Below, in pieces: positions 50,711-56,609 of a stretch of 56,609 nt of DNA. The stretch covers positions 1 to 56,609 of the forward strand of contig CAYHIZ010000001.1 of NCBI GenBank assembly GCA_964356695.1. Direction: 5' to 3'. This DNA comes from an uncultured Candidatus Saccharibacteria bacterium. GTDB lineage: Bacteria > Patescibacteriota > Minisyncoccia > Phycocordibacterales > UBA2100. The notes under the pieces were generated by a model, which was not told the origin of the DNA, ran no database searches, and saw only the letters and a program-made list of their open reading frames with translations. Numbering within the stretch: position 1 is the stretch's first letter; every line of letters starts with the position of its first letter. The translations under genes were made by a program, and so were the position numbers.

Positions 50711-52063
50711 ATGACTAACCACGAACTCTGGCAAAATGCACTTGTTCAAATCGAGCTGGGCACCTCGGAGGCAAGTTTTCGCACGTGGTTTAAAAACACC
50801 GACGTAGCAGGGCGCAATGGGGAAACAGTCCAAGTCGCAGTACCTTCCAAAATAGTTAAAGAGTGGCTTTTGGAAAAACATCACAAACTAATAATGAGCG
50901 CACTCCGGAGTATGGATCCGGCGGTTCGCGCCATCGAATTTGTGGTGCACCGAGTAATATCTTCTCCAATCGAAATCAGAAAATCCGGGCGGACACAGTC
51001 AGTCGACAATGTTTCAATGGACCTCGACAATCTCTACATAGACAGGCGAGACAATTTAAACCCTCGTTACACGTTTGAAACATTCGTGGTCGGTCCCTTC
51101 AACCAGCTCGCCCATGCCGCCTCCAAGGCCGTAATTGATAAGCCGGGACTTGCTTATAATCCGCTTTTCATCTACGGCGCAACAGGACGCGGTAAAACAC
51201 ACCTCATACAGGCGATTGGCAATCACTTCAAGAAAACACATGCGAACAAAAGAGTATTGTATGTTACCTCAGAACGTTTCGCGGTTGATTACATCAACGC
51301 AGTCCGAGCCGGTCGCGCCAATGGCTTCAAGGATCAATACCGCGCGAACGATGTGCTAATCATGGACGACGTGCAATTCATCGCCAACACCGAAAAAACA
51401 CAGGAGGAGTTATTCCATTTATTCAACGCACTGCACGATAGCAATAAGCAAATAGTTTTTTCCTCCGATAAGCACCCACTATTGCTCGGGGGCTTCGAGG
51501 ACAGAATCAAGGGTCGTTTCTCCGCAGGAATGATTGCAGAAATTCCCGAGCCGGATATTGAATCCAGGGTGGCAATCATAAGAGCCAAACTGGAAAGCCA
51601 CGGCTTTTCGGTTCCCGACGACATCATCCAACACATTGCCGAAAGCGTTCATGGCAACATACGCGAAATCGAGGGAATACTCAATATGATTGTTTGTAAG
51701 TCCCAACTCAAAGGAAAAGGTGTTTCCCTGTCAGACGTACGAACACTCATAAAACACAACATCAAGCCGAATAAAGGCATATCTCCTGATGAGGTTGTGC
51801 GCCGTATAGCCGGATACTATGAAATCCCCGAGAAAAGCATCTACGAAAAAACCCGAAAGAGGGAAGTGGTAAAACCAAGGCAAATAATTATGTATATTCT
51901 TCGTGAAGAATTTAACGCCTCATATCCATTAATCGGAGAGAAGCTTGGTGGTCGCGATCACACAACAGTAATTCACTCTTGCGAGAAGATAAAGGAAGAG
52001 ATGAAATCCAGCCCTTCACTGGAGCAAGAGATCGACCACATACGCATGCTAATTCACGCATAA
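50711..52063 (+). CDS. dnaA: Chromosomal replication initiator protein DnaA
   Basis: LNPRYTFETFVVG, Walker A GATGRGKTHL, VLIMDDVQF, and C-terminal DNA-binding domain ..LGGRDHTTVIHSCEKI. Confidence 0.95.
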   Translation: MTNHELWQNALVQIELGTSEASFRTWFKNTDVAGRNGETVQVAVPSKIVKEWLLEKHHKLIMSALRSMDPAVRAIEFVVHRVISSPIEIRKSGRTQSVDNVSMDLDNLYIDRRDNLNPRYTFETFVVGPFNQLAHAASKAVIDKPGLAYNPLFIYGATGRGKTHLIQAIGNHFKKTHANKRVLYVTSERFAVDYINAVRAGRANGFKDQYRANDVLIMDDVQFIANTEKTQEELFHLFNALHDSNKQIVFSSDKHPLLLGGFEDRIKGRFSAGMIAEIPEPDIESRVAIIRAKLESHGFSVPDDIIQHIAESVHGNIREIEGILNMIVCKSQLKGKGVSLSDVRTLIKHNIKPNKGISPDEVVRRIAGYYEIPEKSIYEKTRKREVVKPRQIIMYILREEFNASYPLIGEKLGGRDHTTVIHSCEKIKEEMKSSPSLEQEIDHIRMLIHA

Positions 52064-52295
52064 TCTTTGTATAACACTGTGGATAATGTATGTGTAGTAT
52101 ATGAAAATAACCTTAACTGCTTTTTAGAAAAAAATAAAAAAACTTATCAACACCGATATACCCATAAGTATTACAACTTTTCCACATAATCACATCCTAA
52201 AAATATCGCGACATCACTCACTTCCAAACACTTCTCCACATCATGCACACCATTATTAATAATAGTAGTTTTAATATCTAATTCTTTCTTAATAT
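52064..52295. other. Candidate oriC (dnaA-dnaN intergenic region)
   Basis: Perfect DnaA box TGTGGATAA at 52078-52086 (reverse orientation). One-mismatch boxes TTTTCCACA (52178-52186) and TTCTCCACA (52232-52240). Very AT-rich tracts at about 52100-52145 and 52250-52295 are candidate DUEs. Confidence 0.6.
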
Positions 52296-53393
52296 ATGAA
52301 TATAAAATTATCAATGTCCCAAGAAAAGATTCTAAATCCAATTCTTATGGCGGAAAGAATTGTTGGGAAAAAAGAATCATTACCAGTTCTATCTTGTATC
52401 CTTATCGATGTTGGTGCGAGTGTATTTTTGAGGGCAACTAACCTAGAGGCTGCAATTGAAATCAAAATACATTGCAATATGGAGGGGGAGGGTAAAATCG
52501 CAGTGCCATCCGGTGTTTTGTCTCAAACGATAAGATCAATAGGGGTGGGGAAAGTGGTATTGAGCGTGGATGACGGTAATTTGGTAGTCGAGTCCAAGGG
52601 AAATAAAACTATTATCAAATCTGTACCGTATGATGAATTCCCGACACTGCCCACTACCAACGGCACCGGTGGAATTCGTGTGTCTAGGGGGCGTCTAATT
52701 AGCGGTATTCAATCGGTTTTGTATTCGGCGTCCCCGTCTATGATACGACCCGAGCTTGGAAGCGTATATATTGCGCTTGGGGGTAAAAAACTTACCTGTG
52801 TCGCCACGGATTCCTTCCGTCTCGCAGAAAAGATAATCGTGGGCGATAGTGGGGAATCAGAGACCCTAATACCATTAAAGCACGCCCTAGAGCTTGTGCA
52901 TGTACTTGAAAAAATCAACCACGACGAAATAACCATTGTTATTGAGGAATCACAACTTACTATTATGGCGGACGATATAAGGTTTATTTCTCGCGTGGTG
53001 GATGGAAATTTTCCTAATTATAAAGAAATAATACCCAAAACATTCTCAACGGAGGCTACGATTCTTAAGGGTGATTTTTCAGAAATGCTAAAAAAGGCCC
53101 GCATATTTTCCGGTAATGATCAACATGTGGGATTACATGTTTATCCTGAGCGTAAAATTTTTAGTGCAACAGCCCGCTCGCAAGATGTGGGAGAAATGTC
53201 CGATTCGATAGATGCGGCGCTTTCCGGGGAGGATCTTGATATAAACTTTCACATAGGGTATTTGGCGGACTGTTTGCCTGTAATTGAGTCGGACTCCATA
53301 CTGCTTAAGTTTGCTGGCGCGGGCAAGCCACTTGTCATCCGTGGCGTATCGGATTCCTCATTTACATATCTTGTGATGCCATTGAATCGATAG
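52296..53393 (+). CDS. dnaN: DNA polymerase III beta sliding clamp
   Basis: 365 aa with three-domain clamp length and pattern (..ILSCILIDV.., ATDSFRLAEK, ..YLVMPLNR C-terminus), located directly after dnaA. Confidence 0.9.
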   Translation: MNIKLSMSQEKILNPILMAERIVGKKESLPVLSCILIDVGASVFLRATNLEAAIEIKIHCNMEGEGKIAVPSGVLSQTIRSIGVGKVVLSVDDGNLVVESKGNKTIIKSVPYDEFPTLPTTNGTGGIRVSRGRLISGIQSVLYSASPSMIRPELGSVYIALGGKKLTCVATDSFRLAEKIIVGDSGESETLIPLKHALELVHVLEKINHDEITIVIEESQLTIMADDIRFISRVVDGNFPNYKEIIPKTFSTEATILKGDFSEMLKKARIFSGNDQHVGLHVYPERKIFSATARSQDVGEMSDSIDAALSGEDLDINFHIGYLADCLPVIESDSILLKFAGAGKPLVIRGVSDSSFTYLVMPLNR

Positions 53394-53409
53394 CCGAACC
53401 ACAAAGTAA

Positions 53410-55812
53410 TTATTGTATCGTGAAGACGATTGAGTTTTCCTCTTTTCCCGCTGTGGTATCGGCAACTGCCTTTAATTGCGTTACACCGCCTGACTGTGGG
53501 ATAAAAGGCACTGAATAGGGAAATTGACCGGAAACCCCCGCGTATTCCCCATTTACATAATAAGTAACGCGTGAAATTGCGTCTGGACGCGGATGGAATG
53601 CGGAGAATGTTATTGGACCAAGGAGTGGAAGGGCTGTGTTAGATGTGGGGGAGGTGATGTGAAAACGATCTCCTGTTAAAGATTGTGGTGTCGTGGTGCC
53701 ATGTTCTCCCTGTCCGGGTGTGAATATCCGCCCTGCCCAAAGCGAGACCGGGTACTCCCATAGAGCGAATTGCGCATCATTGGTATTTCCCCCCAGTCCT
53801 CCGCGCGGATTGTTTTTATTGATCCAATAAAGAATTTCATGGACACCTTGTTCCGCATTCGTATTCCATGAACCGCGTAAAACAGCGGGTAATGTGTCTG
53901 GGTTCTCCGGTGCGGGCGGTGTGAATGTTTCCGATGGATATTTTTGCAATGCGTACTCCATGATCTCGTGCCACATTGGGGCAATTATGAAAGCCGCTAT
54001 TTTCTTTTCCATGGGAGAGTTGTCGTTATTGCCAGCCCATGCACCGATACTTATTCCCGGCGTATAGCCGACGATCCATACATCGCGATAGTCGTTAGTT
54101 GTTCCCGTCTTATCCGCGACGGGAGTTTCGGGGAAGTGGAGGGGTGAATTCGCGCCGAATTCCGGCGTGCGTGCGGTATTGTCTGAAAGTATATCGCTGA
54201 TTTGTCGAGCTATTTGCGCGTCTAATACGCGGTCATCTTGCTGTTTGTATTCTTCAAGCACATTTCCAGCCTTGTCTTCTACGCGCAAGATTCCAGTTGG
54301 CGGATTTTTCACACCGTCGTTCGCGAAAACGGCGTATGCTCCGGTAAGATCAAGGAGTGTTACTTCTCCACCACCGAGAACTAGGGTGAGCCCGTAGCGG
54401 TCTTTCTTTGCGAGTGTCGTTATGCCGAGATCTCGAGCGGTCTGTATAGATTCCGTTATTCCCGCGAGGTACAGGGTTTTAACCGCAGGGATGTTTACTG
54501 ATTGCGCCAAGGCGTTTCGGAGAGTAATGGGGCCCTTGAAGGTTTCGTCAAAGTTGTTGGGCGAATAACACGGATCCTCGCTGCTGAGATCACTCGGCGC
54601 ACAGCGTGTCGAGAATTGCGTCTTCAGATCGAACACTATCGTTTCCGGCGTGTATCCTTTTTTGAAGGCGGTTGCGTAAACGAAGGGTTTGAAAGAGGAT
54701 CCCGGTTGCCGATGCGCAACCGCTATGTTCACTTTCCCGTCTATTGTCTCGTCGAAATATCCGCGTGAGCCGACCATTGCGAGTATTTGTCCGGACTTCG
54801 GATCCACGGCAACGACGCCCTCATTGGATGCGTTGAAATTTTTCAACATTCCTGGCACATACTTTGCAACAATCTCTTCCGCCTTTTCTTGAAGTTCCCA
54901 ATCGAGTGTAGTAATCACTCGAAGTCCGCCCTGTGCCACGGCATCTGCCCCGTATTTTTCTTCGAGGTATTCGCGGATGAAGAAGGAGAAGTGCGGGGCT
55001 TTGATGCCCGCGGTCGCCTTGCTCCTGAATTCGACGGGCTCCTTTAGGGCGCGTTCATATTCCTCTTTGGTAATTAGTCTTTCTTCCAATGCTCTCTTGA
55101 GGACGAGTTTTTGGCGTGCATCGAGAAGGTCGCGGTGATTTCCGCTCGGCGAGTATCTTGTCGGGGCCTGCGGAAGCGCGGCGAGGTATGCCGCCTGTGC
55201 GAGGTCGACGTCTTTTGCGTCGACACCGAAGAAAAATTGACTTGCTTCCTGTACGCCATAAATAGTGCCACCGTACGGTGTTTCGTTTAGGTACGTCGTG
55301 AGTATTTGGTCTTTTGAATACGCACGCTCAAGCCGAAGGGCGAGAATGATCTCTTCAATTTTGCGTGCCACGGTCTTTCTTTGCGTTAAAAGCGCGTTCT
55401 TGACGACTTGTTGTGTAATAGTGGAGCCTCCCTGGCTGAAGCTTCCAGTAGAAATGTTAACAAATATTGCTCGCGCGAAAGAAAGGGGACGGAATCCCTT
55501 GTGGGTGTAAAATTCCGCATCCTCTATCGCCACGGTCGTTTTTTGTATGTATGAAGAAATCTCTTCAAGGGGTACGACGGTACGGCGTATTTGCCCGTAG
55601 ACATCGAATAGCACGATATTTCCCGTACGGTCGAAGATTTTTGTAGATTCTGCAACCTTGCGATTTTCAAAATTGTTTATGGCGGGAAGCGGTGCGATTA
55701 TCGCCCAAATAATTCCTCCGCCGAGAACAATAAAGCCGATGGCAAGGCAGGCCAATATTCCAAATTCCATCCACGATGGAAGCTTTTTCCAAAGCCGACG
55801 CAATTTCCTCAT
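53410..55812 (-). CDS. Class A penicillin-binding protein (PBP1A-type glycosyltransferase/transpeptidase) with C-terminal extension
   Basis: N-terminal TM. GT51 motifs EDAEFYTHKGF, GGSTITQQ and RKIEE. Transpeptidase motifs SSFKP and KTGTT. Confidence 0.9.
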   Translation of the reverse strand: MRKLRRLWKKLPSWMEFGILACLAIGFIVLGGGIIWAIIAPLPAINNFENRKVAESTKIFDRTGNIVLFDVYGQIRRTVVPLEEISSYIQKTTVAIEDAEFYTHKGFRPLSFARAIFVNISTGSFSQGGSTITQQVVKNALLTQRKTVARKIEEIILALRLERAYSKDQILTTYLNETPYGGTIYGVQEASQFFFGVDAKDVDLAQAAYLAALPQAPTRYSPSGNHRDLLDARQKLVLKRALEERLITKEEYERALKEPVEFRSKATAGIKAPHFSFFIREYLEEKYGADAVAQGGLRVITTLDWELQEKAEEIVAKYVPGMLKNFNASNEGVVAVDPKSGQILAMVGSRGYFDETIDGKVNIAVAHRQPGSSFKPFVYATAFKKGYTPETIVFDLKTQFSTRCAPSDLSSEDPCYSPNNFDETFKGPITLRNALAQSVNIPAVKTLYLAGITESIQTARDLGITTLAKKDRYGLTLVLGGGEVTLLDLTGAYAVFANDGVKNPPTGILRVEDKAGNVLEEYKQQDDRVLDAQIARQISDILSDNTARTPEFGANSPLHFPETPVADKTGTTNDYRDVWIVGYTPGISIGAWAGNNDNSPMEKKIAAFIIAPMWHEIMEYALQKYPSETFTPPAPENPDTLPAVLRGSWNTNAEQGVHEILYWINKNNPRGGLGGNTNDAQFALWEYPVSLWAGRIFTPGQGEHGTTTPQSLTGDRFHITSPTSNTALPLLGPITFSAFHPRPDAISRVTYYVNGEYAGVSGQFPYSVPFIPQSGGVTQLKAVADTTAGKEENSIVFTIQ

Positions 55813-55822
55813 TTGTGGTCCA

Positions 55823-56317
55823 TTATATACCCAATGAGCTCCCCTGCTCCCTGTGGCGGGCGAGATGCGTTATGCCGATGGCAATGGCGTCATACTCGTC
55901 ATCGTATTTTATTTCTTTTTCTATTTTTAGAAGTGCGTGTAGCATTTTAATAACCGCCTTCTTGTCGGCGCGTCCGTTGCCTGCCGCCGCCGACTTCACT
56001 TCTCCCGGAGTGTATTCGAAGATTGGCAATCCTGCTCTTGCTGTCGCGCCGATGAGTGCGCCGCGCACCTCGGCTACGTGCATCGCGGTTTTCTGATTTT
56101 TTGTGATATAGAGAGTTTCGATTGCGATCGAATCTGGTTTGTACTGTTTCATCAAACGTTCGCACTCGCTCACAATACGCGCGAGTCGTTCAGGGAAGTC
56201 CATCTTGGCGGATGTTTCGATGCATGCGGAGTAAATAAGAATTTCTTTTCCGCCATCTTTATCAACGATCGCCACACCGCAACGGCCGTATCCCGGATCA
56301 ATAGCAAGAACTCGCAT
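55823..56317 (-). CDS. ruvC: Crossover junction endodeoxyribonuclease RuvC
   Basis: MRVLAIDPGYGRCGVAIV, IETLYITKNQKTA and DDEYDAIAIGITH (catalytic acidic residues). Confidence 0.9.
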   Translation of the reverse strand: MRVLAIDPGYGRCGVAIVDKDGGKEILIYSACIETSAKMDFPERLARIVSECERLMKQYKPDSIAIETLYITKNQKTAMHVAEVRGALIGATARAGLPIFEYTPGEVKSAAAGNGRADKKAVIKMLHALLKIEKEIKYDDEYDAIAIGITHLARHREQGSSLGI

Positions 56318-56511
56318 GTACAGATGATACCGTACTGTTGTATATGGGGGACTTTTCTGGCTTGCCGGTCTCCATTGTTACCATGTGATGATGTGTTTAA
56401 TGTACAAGGTATTATTTACTGAAATCGAAAAATGCGTTGTTGCCCGGACTACTCACAAACTTGTCCACACGGTTCGTTATTGCCACACTCATCGTATCGT
56501 ACAATGCCTCT

Positions 56512-56609
56512 ATGATGAAAAAACTTTTTTTAATGCCGTTTCTTTTTATTATTTTATTCGTTGTAAGCCCTAATATTCTTATCGCCCAAAGTGGGGGCTG
56601 GGGAACTCT
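56512..56609 (+). CDS. 5' fragment of an ORF encoding a signal-peptide-bearing protein (runs off the window)
   Basis: The ATG at 56512 gives MMKKLFLMPFLFIILFVVSPNILIAQSGGWGT.., signal-peptide-like. Only 32 codons are visible. Confidence 0.25.
   Translation, partial: MMKKLFLMPFLFIILFVVSPNILIAQSGGWGT

Noticed and set aside
1-56609. Scan for CRISPR arrays, rRNA genes, integrases, transposases, prophage structural genes, and a second tRNA.
   Set aside because: I found no regularly spaced short direct repeats, no rRNA-like conserved stretches, and no ORF with recombinase or transposase motifs. Only the one tRNA at 13149-13219 could be folded. This was a visual scan only, so small ncRNAs (for example an SRP RNA or riboswitches) could have been missed.

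Overview
This 56.6-kb chromosomal window reads like a small-genome CPR/Patescibacteria (Parcubacteria-like) bacterium; that placement is inference from gene content. It uses the standard genetic code, since TGA terminates full-length genes. The window spans the replication origin: rpmH-rnpA-yidC-(insert)-jag lie on the minus strand and dnaA-dnaN on the plus strand, with perfect DnaA boxes on both sides of dnaA. Housekeeping content: an ABC-F ATPase, malic enzyme, pyrC-pyrB, metG, an AI-2E transporter, recG, secE-nusG-rplK (not followed by rplA), argS, rsmA, a zur-znuACB zinc operon, a YibE/F protein, PBP1A and ruvC. There are also many N-terminally anchored or secreted proteins with SLT, PG-binding, PKD-like or lamin-tail domains. 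Four accessory regions stand out. (1) An island starts 1 nt after a tRNA with anticodon UAU (13.2-17.3 kb). It holds an XRE remnant, a tightly coupled HNH nuclease / histidine phosphatase / unknown-protein operon, and an AbiL/PARIS-like ATPase + RloB/Toprim pair. The pair is bracketed by 57-bp direct repeats. (2) An 11-gene, tightly packed type IV secretion-like operon (36.2-47.8 kb) encodes PrgI-like, VirB4, VirB6-like and pilin-like proteins but no relaxase or coupling protein in the window. (3) There are two toxin-antitoxin pairs. One (AbrB + RelE/ParE-like) sits between yidC and jag and is flanked by 21-bp direct repeats. (4) A four-copy palindromic MITE-like intergenic repeat family is present, and two copies carry a nested palindrome (one a perfect 38-mer). 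I saw no rRNA, CRISPR array, integrase or transposase. All calls come from reading the sequence and ORF translations by eye; no searches were run.
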